From positions 48,170 to 68,169 of IMG/VR virus record IMGVR_UViG_3300016464_000060: 20,000 nt of DNA, one strand, 5' to 3'. The stretch's first letter is position 1, and the number at the start of each line of letters is the position of its first letter. The translations under genes were made by a program, and so were the position numbers. The notes below the pieces were generated by a model. The model had not been told where the DNA came from, did not search any database, and was given only the letters and a program-made list of their open reading frames with translations. The stretch is from an uncultured virus (IMG/VR IMGVR_UViG_3300016464_000060). Taxonomy: Duplodnaviria; Heunggongvirae; Uroviricota; Caudoviricetes. Positions 1 through 8,162 of this stretch are shown here, in pieces.

Positions 1-1
1 C

Positions 2-3000
2 TTCTGCACGTAAAGCTTGTTCAGCCGCTTTAACTTTTGCCCAAGCATCTTTTAACGCGCTATCTGCGCGTACCAACATTTGCACATCAACTTCTAACGC
101 CGTTGTCAAGTTGGCGTCCATTGTCTTTATGGTTTTGTCTATGGTTTGGATGCGCTCGCGCAACTCATAGATGTCTTGGTTAAAGTCAATAAAAGCTTGT
201 TTGTTTGTAGGCGGCTCGGCTCTGGCCAACTTTGCCAAAGCATCAACCACAGTACCGCGCTCGTTACGAAGTGCTTCTACTTCCTCTGTATGCTGTTTCA
301 TCACAGCATCTTTAATTTCTTGCGCACGCGCCAGCGCTCTACCAAACGCAGTCTTTAATGGCGCAGCAGGGTCTATATCAGAATTAAACTCCTCCATAAA
401 ACTTTCAGTCATGCGCTGCAGTCGGCCTTCTGCCGTTTGCAAAAACTGCATAGTCTCTAAGTCAGAACGCAAACTAATTAAATTTTGTATTTCAAAATAA
501 CTAAGCACACGTTGGTCAGGCGTTTCGCCTTTCATGCGCTTACTTAACACTTTAATTTGGCTATTTAAAACACCAATGTCTTTTTGGGTTTTGTTTAAAG
601 TTGGTTGCTCTTCTGTCAAAGCAGTAAACGTAACTTCTGGTTTTACCAATCCGTTTTTACGAACACGCTCGTCGGTAGCATCCATGACGCGTTTGGCATC
701 GTCCACTGCTTTTTGTGCAACCAATAACGCGTCGGCTGTCTCGGGCATGGCTTCTGCAGCCTGTGCCAACTCACTAACCAAATCAAGTTGGGCATCACTG
801 ACAGTAAGCAAAAAGCTTTTTGCTCGTGCTTCAAACTCGTCGGATAATTTACGTAGTCTTTTTTCTTCTTCCCTGTAAAGTGTAATAGTTGCATTTGCAG
901 CACGATTAGCTTTGACGCCTTCAAGTAATTGTTTTTCTTCTTCAGCAGTAAGCGGATGTGCTTTTAAATATTCAGGCGTTATTTGGATAACCGTTGTTGG
1001 GCCTGTACGCATACCAACAGCGCGCGCACCTTCTCTAAGGGCAAACAAATATTTTTCATGTACTAAGTCGGCCTTGCGTTTGTACTCGCCCGACATTTCG
1101 TTGTAATACTGCGATGTAGTTGGCAAAGAGCCCCTGCCCATTTTGCGCAAATTAGCCAACACGGTATTAGCCGTTACATAGTCTGTTCGTACTTGGTACA
1201 ACTCCGCCTGTGTAACAGGCAAAGTAGCAACGGTTTCTTTAGCGGCTTTGCGTAATTTAGCAATCTTGCCGTATTTGCTAGAGCCTAAAAACTTTTCCGC
1301 AGACTCAAAGACCATGCCTTTTTCTGGCACTTCACCAAACATGTCTTGGGTAAATAAGTCTTCAGTCTTGCCTGTAGAAAACAACCCGATGTCTTGCAAA
1401 GCTTTTTTGTTCTTGACGTAAGCAGTCTCTAAACTGTCAAGCAGTTTGTTTAACTCTTTAACACGGCGTAGTTGACTTTCGTTAAGCGGTCTGCGTGGTG
1501 GGACGCGTTCGCCAAGACGTACTTCTTTTTGTTCTACAGGCTTTAATCCTGTAGCAATTTCTTCCAATTCCGCTTTGGCGTCTCTAATGGCGGTACTAAG
1601 CACGCGGTCGTTGTCTTCAAACTCCGTGCCTAACTCGGTAGCCATATCTTCGCTAAGACCTAACTCGTGCATGCGTTGTAGCGACTTAGCAACCGTGTCG
1701 TAATCTTTAGCAACAAACGCTTCTTGGGCTTTAGCCTTTAATTCATCCAACTCATCACGGCGCTCTTTAAAGTCAAGCGGTAGAGTTGGCGGTTGTACCT
1801 TGGCTTCTTCGGATTTAACAAACTTGTCGTAGTTGTCACGCAGTTTGGCAATCTCGTTTACCAACTTTTCGCGTTCGGCTTTCTTGCCATGAACGCCTTT
1901 GAGTTTTTCCAATTCTTTTTCTTTGGCAACAACAGCGTCCATTAAGCGTTGTTTAATACCCATTGGTCCAATACCTGCCGCACGGGTAGGCTTGGTTGGC
2001 TCGGTTGCTTTTTCAACTACAGCGTCTAACTGTTCTTGGATAGACTCCAGCGCACGAGGCAAACTGCCAAATGGCCGGCGCTCTAATGCACGAATGTCTT
2101 TCTGGAATGTGCCATATGTAGCGTGTTTGCGCCCCAAGTCGGACAGCATCTGGGCAATCTGCTGCGATATTTCTGAGTCGCGTGCATTGAGTTTGGTAAA
2201 ACCTTCTTTGACTTTAAGATACTTTTGTTGCTCTGCTTCACGCGCTGCATGCTCTGGCGTACCAAGTTTACCGTCTGGCATAGCTTGCCATTTCTGACGC
2301 GCAGGCTCAAGAAAGTTTTGCTGGTAGTTCTTCATCTGCTGGCGCACGCGTTGCAATTCTTCTTGCAACGACTTCAGTTTGCCAACAGCACGGTCTAGTT
2401 TCTTTTGCTCTTCGGGTGTGCGAACGTACTTTTCTCCGGCGTAAACCAGCTCGCCTGTTTCTGTACGCTTTTCTTCCGCTTCTTTTTGTGACTTAATTAA
2501 TGGCTCTTGCACCTTGCCCGTTACTTCAACAGTCTTGGGTCGTGCCAAGTAACGCGTGCTTAACTCCATCAAAGGTCTAGACAACTGATCCGTTATTTGT
2601 AATACATCCGTAGCCGTTAGACCGGGCTGACGTTCAGCGGCTCGACCATGCGCTATCTCAGACAGCGCAGCTTGCACATACAAGCGGCGTAAAGTAACTA
2701 AGCGTTTTGCGTCTAACGTATCGAGCACCGGTTTGTTTGACGCTTTAGCCCGTGCTAACCAGCCCAGTAATTGCTGGAATATTGCTTCTTTCTTTTCTGC
2801 TTGACGCCGCGCTTCCAGTTTGTGGCGCATAGCGCTTACTTTGTCAGTAGGCGCAGTTTTAATGTCCGCCGCACCGCTAATACCCAACGCTTGGGCTAAG
2901 TCGTTTGCATCTTTAGTTTTAATTTGCTCTAACGGTGGCAGTTTTGTGCTGACAACTTCTGGGCGATGTAGCGTCTTGGTCAGTTCTTCTGCTGTTTTTT

Positions 3001-5320
3001 CTTCGCGCACACCAACGCCAGTCTTAGATTGCAACTCTGTAATGTGGTTTAACAGGCGTTGTGCTTCTTCTGCTTGTACGTCACGGCGGATAATGTCTTT
3101 GGCGGCAGGCGTTAGCCGACCTTCCATGTCGTATAGTTTGTTTTCTGTAAACTGATCGTTTACAAATTTAAAGTCCTCTTGTGCTTGGGCTTTGTGTTTT
3201 GCCAGCACATCGCGCAATTTGTTGCGAACTTGCGTAGCAGTTTCTGGGTTATTTAAGTCTAGTGTGGCATTACCAAAACCAGTAAGACCCAGAGCTTGGC
3301 GCACTTCTGCCGTAATCAATCCAGTATCAATGGCTTCTTGGACAGAAGTTTTGCCGCCAACCAGTGTTTCTTTTTCTATCCGTGCGGCTTCAGCATCCGT
3401 AATGTCTTTGGCTTTGCCTTGCGCGTCCACGATGTACGGCACACGGCGCGTGGGGCCGGTAGTGCCTTCAACGGGCACATCACGGTACAAAACTTTTTGC
3501 CTTTGTTCTGGAACTTGACCTTTGCGCAGGGCTTGCGCATACTGTTCTGGCGTTAATTCAAACTGTTTACCGACTTCACGTTCGGTTAGTTGTTGTTCGT
3601 ACTCTTGGCCTTGGGCAAACAAAGCCTGTTGCTGTTGGGTCTGGGCTTCCCGTTTCTTGCGTTCTGCCTCAGTCTCAAACTTACCGAACCCTTCTTCAAT
3701 TTCGGCAATATCTTGTTGGAGTTGGCGCTTTTCGTAGCCCGGAGCAAACATATCCATCTGCTCTTCAGGCATAGCCCGCACCTCGCCCGGCCTAATTTCA
3801 CTAGGCACCATGCGTGTTTCTGCGGCGCGTTGTTTGTTTATTGCATCAAGCTGCTGGGCTATCTGGCTAACTTTGGCGTAGTCGCCAACACTTCTGGCTT
3901 CTGCCATTTGTGCGTATAGTGAGTCAGCACTTACTTCTTTTGGCTGTGTCTTCTTTATGTCTGCTATAGCCAACCGCGCTTTTTCTTCTGCGCTTGCTAA
4001 CTGTTGAAGTTGCAAAGCCAGCCGCGACACGGTGGCCATGTCGTTCCTAGCCTCGGCCTCGTCCATTTGTCTTTGTAAAGCGGGGATGGCAGTGCTATAT
4101 CCGCGCATCTCTTGTTCTAGGCGCTGTTGCTCTTGTCTAAGTTCATCTTGTTTAGCAAGACGTTCTTCATCTAACTGTTGGGGTGTTTTAAGTGGTGAGT
4201 ATTCCCCCGCTTGTAGGGTATCTCCCATTAACGCCAACAGTTCTGGCGTGCCTGTCTTGCGTGCTTCTTCTAGCGCAGCCTTACGTTTTTCAGCCTCTTC
4301 TGTCTCTTGACGTAAGCGCTCTTCTTCTTGCAACGTCTTGAGTTGTTCGGCGGCTCGCTCTTCTTCCGTCTTGCGGGCAATATCGGCACGGGCTGCAGCT
4401 TTGTCTGAAAACCGGCCAGCCGCACCAATAGGAGAAAGCAAACCAACCTGATAAGCTGTTTCTCCGTACTCTTTCAACGCATCCGCATTTGTTAGGGATA
4501 ACCCTGCTTGTGCCCGTTCCAACATCTGTTGGGCAATTTCGGTTGGAATTTCCGCCAGTGCGCCGGTAGTAATACCTTTACGTAAGGTTGTCAGTAATTT
4601 TTCTTCCGCTAAAGCAGCGGCTTTACCAGCAGTATCGCCAAGCAACGCTTTCTCAGGTATGCCGGTTAGTTTGCTAACAAGACGCCCACCTAAAGGAATA
4701 AAGCTACCCGCTACATCAAGCGCGGCTTGAGGAACAGCGGCTGCAGCAGCAGCGCTTCGACTGATCGGTGCTCTTTCTTGAACTTGGCGTTCAATGTTTC
4801 CACCAAACTGGGTTAACAATGACGGGGCTAATGCTCCACCAACACCACCAATTACAGAACCAACAGGGCCTGCTAATGAGCCAAGTGCAGCACCGGCACG
4901 CGCACCACCTAACGTAGCGGCAATATTTGGGGCTTGTTCAGCAAGGGCAGCAGGAATTTGACTTAACGCTTCTCCCGCCGCAGGCAAAATACCGCGCTGT
5001 TTGTATGCGTCAATAACTTTGTCAAGGCTAACTTGTTCGGCGTAGCGAGAGCCTATATCACGCCCGCGTTCTATGCCTTTGCGTCCAGCTTCTTCTGGTG
5101 CACCAACTAAAGCGCCTATACCCGTGCGGGCTTGTGACAGTAAAGATTCCGCACCTTTGCCAAGCGCTGCCCCAAGACCTTCTTTGGCTAACCCAACGCG
5201 CTCGTAAAAGTCGGAGATTGGCATCTCCGGATAAAACTTGTTATGTAGTGCATCTGCCAGTTCCCTATCGCTTAACTCGTTATATTGCGGGTATTGCTGG
5301 CGGATTTCACTAATTTTCAT
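2..5320 (-). CDS. Very large (>1773 aa, 3'-truncated by window edge) probable internal virion / DNA ejection protein
   Basis: ATG at 5320, 2 nt after the stop of the 617-aa gene, preceded by GGTAAAGG. Hand translation starts MKISEIRQQYPQYNELSDRELADALHNKFYPEMPISDFYERVGL and is still open at the edge (...DSALKDAWAKVKAAEQALRAE). No stop found in the parts translated, and the ORF track reports no closed ORF from this start. Gly-rich hydrophobic stretch (ATLGGARAGAALGSLAGPVGSVIGGVGGALAP) followed by long E/K/Q/R/A-rich helical regions; last and largest gene after tail genes, the position of P22 gp16 / T7 gp16-type ejection proteins. Confidence 0.85.
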   Translation of the reverse strand, partial: MKISEIRQQYPQYNELSDRELADALHNKFYPEMPISDFYERVGLAKEGLGAALGKGAESLLSQARTGIGALVGAPEEAGRKGIERGRDIGSRYAEQVSLDKVIDAYKQRGILPAAGEALSQIPAALAEQAPNIAATLGGARAGAALGSLAGPVGSVIGGVGGALAPSLLTQFGGNIERQVQERAPISRSAAAAAAVPQAALDVAGSFIPLGGRLVSKLTGIPEKALLGDTAGKAAALAEEKLLTTLRKGITTGALAEIPTEIAQQMLERAQAGLSLTNADALKEYGETAYQVGLLSPIGAAGRFSDKAAARADIARKTEEERAAEQLKTLQEEERLRQETEEAEKRKAALEEARKTGTPELLALMGDTLQAGEYSPLKTPQQLDEERLAKQDELRQEQQRLEQEMRGYSTAIPALQRQMDEAEARNDMATVSRLALQLQQLASAEEKARLAIADIKKTQPKEVSADSLYAQMAEARSVGDYAKVSQIAQQLDAINKQRAAETRMVPSEIRPGEVRAMPEEQMDMFAPGYEKRQLQQDIAEIEEGFGKFETEAERKKREAQTQQQQALFAQGQEYEQQLTEREVGKQFELTPEQYAQALRKGQVPEQRQKVLYRDVPVEGTTGPTRRVPYIVDAQGKAKDITDAEAARIEKETLVGGKTSVQEAIDTGLITAEVRQALGLTGFGNATLDLNNPETATQVRNKLRDVLAKHKAQAQEDFKFVNDQFTENKLYDMEGRLTPAAKDIIRRDVQAEEAQRLLNHITELQSKTGVGVREEKTAEELTKTLHRPEVVSTKLPPLEQIKTKDANDLAQALGISGAADIKTAPTDKVSAMRHKLEARRQAEKKEAIFQQLLGWLARAKASNKPVLDTLDAKRLVTLRRLYVQAALSEIAHGRAAERQPGLTATDVLQITDQLSRPLMELSTRYLARPKTVEVTGKVQEPLIKSQKEAEEKRTETGELVYAGEKYVRTPEEQKKLDRAVGKLKSLQEELQRVRQQMKNYQQNFLEPARQKWQAMPDGKLGTPEHAAREAEQQKYLKVKEGFTKLNARDSEISQQIAQMLSDLGRKHATYGTFQKDIRALERRPFGSLPRALESIQEQLDAVVEKATEPTKPTRAAGIGPMGIKQRLMDAVVAKEKELEKLKGVHGKKAEREKLVNEIAKLRDNYDKFVKSEEAKVQPPTLPLDFKERRDELDELKAKAQEAFVAKDYDTVAKSLQRMHELGLSEDMATELGTEFEDNDRVLSTAIRDAKAELEEIATGLKPVEQKEVRLGERVPPRRPLNESQLRRVKELNKLLDSLETAYVKNKKALQDIGLFSTGKTEDLFTQDMFGEVPEKGMVFESAEKFLGSSKYGKIAKLRKAAKETVATLPVTQAELYQVRTDYVTANTVLANLRKMGRGSLPTTSQYYNEMSGEYKRKADLVHEKYLFALREGARAVGMRTGPTTVIQITPEYLKAHPLTAEEEKQLLEGVKANRAANATITLYREEEKRLRKLSDEFEARAKSFLLTVSDAQLDLVSELAQAAEAMPETADALLVAQKAVDDAKRVMDATDERVRKNGLVKPEVTFTALTEEQPTLNKTQKDIGVLNSQIKVLSKRMKGETPDQRVLSYFEIQNLISLRSDLETMQFLQTAEGRLQRMTESFMEEFNSDIDPAAPLKTAFGRALARAQEIKDAVMKQHTEEVEALRNERGTVVDALAKLARAEPPTNKQAFIDFNQDIYELRERIQTIDKTIKTMDANLTTALEVDVQMLVRADSALKDAWAKVKAAEQALRAE

Positions 5321-5322
5321 AA

Positions 5323-7176
5323 CTAGCCTTTACCTAGGATTCCTAGTGGGTCATTTTGTGATGGTCCCGGCTGTGCTAGGGCAGGGGCCATTTTTATACC
5401 AAATTGGTTGTATGCGTCCATGCGGTATTTGTTTCGCATTCTGTCATACAAGTCTGGCGATTGTAACAACAACATTTTATTGTTTTTAGCCCAAGTATCA
5501 AGCGCTTCTTGTGCAGCTTTTTCAGCCAACTGCACTTCGTTCTTTTCTTTGGCTCCGCGCTCAATTGCTTCGCTATAAGCGCCGTAGTATTTACCCAATG
5601 CTTTGCGGTACTCGGATTCGCTTGCCGCTTTTTCGGCTGCAGCCACATCCCCAACCGTACCAATACCAGCTTCGCCAACCGCACCAAACAAATTGGGGTT
5701 TTTGTTAGCCAACAAGCGCATCCCCATAAGAAACGCTGGGTCTTTAAATAAACTGGCAAGCCCACCACTACCGGTAGCCGCACTTTCTTTTGTTACTTCT
5801 GGGGGCTCTGGCGGCTTTTTAATTTCTGGCGTTGGCTGAACTTGTCCCAGACTTCTATCTGTGGCTTCTAAATCTTCGCCCATTTTCATAGGCGGTATTG
5901 TTTTTTCTTTTTCCATTCCGCCTGTTGGGTAACTAACAATTCGTTTACCCAACTCAAGCATTTGCTGTCCATAAGGCATTGTTGCAGGAGGTGTTTTTTC
6001 TTTAGCGACCTTTGTAATTGCGGCGGCTAAACCTGTATCGCTACCAATATCGCCTTGTAATTGCTCCAACTGTTCTGGAGTAGCGTTGGTTAAAGCATTT
6101 GCTGCGCCTTTGCTTAGCGCCAGTCCAGTAAGCCCTGTTGTTAAAGGCACAGACGCAGCAGTACCAACTTTACCCAAAGCTTGGCCTACAGTGGTTCCGG
6201 GGCGAAACATAGGCGCTGTTAATGCTTCTTTTCCTACCGCCGCAGTGCCACCTAAAGTTGCTAAACCCGCTGCTGTTCTTGGAAGTAATGACGCTAAACG
6301 TGCATCTTGTTGAGGAACGTCGGCAGCTGCTTGCGCAGTTCCAACAGGGACAGGCGTCTTATCTATGCTATCTCTTGCTTCTGGCAACGTTGATACAGAA
6401 GACGCTAAATTCATAAGACGGTTGTTCCAACCTGCCAAAGAACTACCGTGTACTTTAGGATTAGTTTCTGCTAAACGGTTGTATTCTTCTAAACGGTCTT
6501 CAAGCAATTTATTGACATCACCGCCTGAGTTGTTTACTGCTTGTTTAGCAAAATCATATCTGTGGTTTACAAAAGTATCGAGCGCAGCCGCAGCAAGTTT
6601 TGGGTTGCGTTTGGCCATATCGCCAAGTTTGTTGGCGTCCCAATAGTCGCGTTTATAAATGCGTTTTGCTTCTTCTTTGGTTAACTTATCAAGGTCAACA
6701 TTCGGATGCCCTTTAGCACTAATGCCGTATTTAGTACGCCCGCCTTGATCAACAGTTTCCCCACCTTCACGCTCAAACAATGCAGCAACGGCCTGTTCAA
6801 AAACAGCGTTAGGATCATACGGATTAGTTACGAGCCCTTTGTCTTTAAATCCAATGATGCCACCTTCTGCTTTACCTATTGGTGCCATGTTAGGCGCAGG
6901 CAATCTGCCAATACCAAGGTTCTCTGGCAACGCTCCAGTCACATTACCCATAGGGTCAACTGCCGCCATCTCAGCAATATCCTGATCCACAACTGTTGGC
7001 TGTTGCACACCTGCCAATTTTGCTTGTGCACTAACACGCATTGCTTTGCGACGATTAGATTCGGCTAATGCTAGTGAAACGGTATACGGGTCGTTTTTGT
7101 GCATCGCCGCATACTTTTGCAACATTAGGTCTGGCATTTTTGCCAGTTGGCTTGTAATTTGGTTGACGTTAAACAT
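5323..7176 (-). CDS. Probable internal virion/ejection protein carrying a glycoside hydrolase family 108 (muramidase) domain
   Basis: 617 aa; residues ~126-257 read FEQAVAALFEREGGETVDQGGRTKYGIS...LTKEEAKRIYKRDYWD...ALDTFVNH...GWNNRL, the motif series of GH108 plus the GWxNR end of its associated peptidoglycan-binding helical domain; the rest is low-complexity A/G/P/Q/E/K-rich. SD-like TAAGGGA upstream. Confidence 0.8.
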   Translation of the reverse strand: MFNVNQITSQLAKMPDLMLQKYAAMHKNDPYTVSLALAESNRRKAMRVSAQAKLAGVQQPTVVDQDIAEMAAVDPMGNVTGALPENLGIGRLPAPNMAPIGKAEGGIIGFKDKGLVTNPYDPNAVFEQAVAALFEREGGETVDQGGRTKYGISAKGHPNVDLDKLTKEEAKRIYKRDYWDANKLGDMAKRNPKLAAAALDTFVNHRYDFAKQAVNNSGGDVNKLLEDRLEEYNRLAETNPKVHGSSLAGWNNRLMNLASSVSTLPEARDSIDKTPVPVGTAQAAADVPQQDARLASLLPRTAAGLATLGGTAAVGKEALTAPMFRPGTTVGQALGKVGTAASVPLTTGLTGLALSKGAANALTNATPEQLEQLQGDIGSDTGLAAAITKVAKEKTPPATMPYGQQMLELGKRIVSYPTGGMEKEKTIPPMKMGEDLEATDRSLGQVQPTPEIKKPPEPPEVTKESAATGSGGLASLFKDPAFLMGMRLLANKNPNLFGAVGEAGIGTVGDVAAAEKAASESEYRKALGKYYGAYSEAIERGAKEKNEVQLAEKAAQEALDTWAKNNKMLLLQSPDLYDRMRNKYRMDAYNQFGIKMAPALAQPGPSQNDPLGILGKG

Positions 7177-7184
7177 GTTGTCCC

Positions 7185-8153
7185 TTACCCCATTTTATGG
7201 ATGGCTAATTCAGCTAATCCTGCCGGACGTTTTTCTTTAATTGCGCCGCCTTTTGCAGAGGCTTTAAGCGGGTTGCCAAACGAGTTATTAAGCGCGGCTG
7301 CCGTCAATCCCAAACCAGCCACTTGCGCTAGTTGACTAGGATTTGAATACACATTTTGAATTGAGCTAGTCATTGGCAAACCAGTCAAAATACCTTGCAT
7401 GTAACTCAGTTTGTTGAAGGGGTCTTGTTTTTGCGCCAAGAAGTCTTGGTACTGCTGGTTCAAAATGTTTTGTTGTTGCTGTTGCTGCTGAGTGCCCAAC
7501 GCATTTTGCAAGTTAATGTTGCCTGTTTGTTGCGCATACTGGTTTTGCCCTAACTGCCCCAAGGTACTAGCGGCTTGACCAGCGGTATTGAGTCCAGCCA
7601 GTTGGTTTTGCAAATTCTGGTTGTACTGTTGTTGGGCTTGGGCAAACGCATTGTTGTAGCCCTGCCCAATAATGCTCTGTAGCCCCATGTTACGGTTGCG
7701 CTCGTTTTCAGCGGCCATGATTGCTTCACGCGCTCCACCAAAAGCGCCTACTTTTGTAGCATTAGCTTGCTGTTGAGTACCCCCAATGTCATACATCCGG
7801 TTAGCTTCTGCTAACTGGGGAGCCAGCACGTACTGTAGATACGGGTTCATATACCCACCGACTTGGCTTTGGAACCCGTATGGATTAGCCTGTCCTGCAA
7901 CGCCTAAACCGCCAATACCAGCAGTACCCGCCAAACCCGTAGCTTGTCCAGTTTGTGGGGTTATCCCTAAGTTACTTGCACCAGTAAATGCTTGGTTTTG
8001 TAAGCCAGTAAAGTCTGCAGTTCGCTGTGCTGGGTATGGCTGATAGGGCGTGCCAGTTAATGCTTCGGCTTTGCCTAACAAATTTTCTACATATGGCTGG
8101 GCATACGCAGAGATCGCATTTTGTTGCGTGACGACTTGTGTTGGATCTGCCAT
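7185..8153 (-). CDS. Gln/Gly/Ala-rich probable internal virion (ejection/DNA pilot-like) protein
   Basis: 322 aa, Q/G/A/N-rich with predicted coiled coil and a Q7 run; YMNPY and GAFGGAR motifs recurrent in phage ejection-type proteins; SD AAGGA upstream; located among ejection-like genes. Confidence 0.65.
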   Translation of the reverse strand: MADPTQVVTQQNAISAYAQPYVENLLGKAEALTGTPYQPYPAQRTADFTGLQNQAFTGASNLGITPQTGQATGLAGTAGIGGLGVAGQANPYGFQSQVGGYMNPYLQYVLAPQLAEANRMYDIGGTQQQANATKVGAFGGAREAIMAAENERNRNMGLQSIIGQGYNNAFAQAQQQYNQNLQNQLAGLNTAGQAASTLGQLGQNQYAQQTGNINLQNALGTQQQQQQQNILNQQYQDFLAQKQDPFNKLSYMQGILTGLPMTSSIQNVYSNPSQLAQVAGLGLTAAALNNSFGNPLKASAKGGAIKEKRPAGLAELAIHKMG

Positions 8154-8162
8154 TTCTTTTCC

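Noticed and set aside
7468..7490. CAG/CAA run as a contingency microsatellite
   Set aside because: Mixed codons encoding a Q7 tract in a Gln-rich protein; not a pure repeat.
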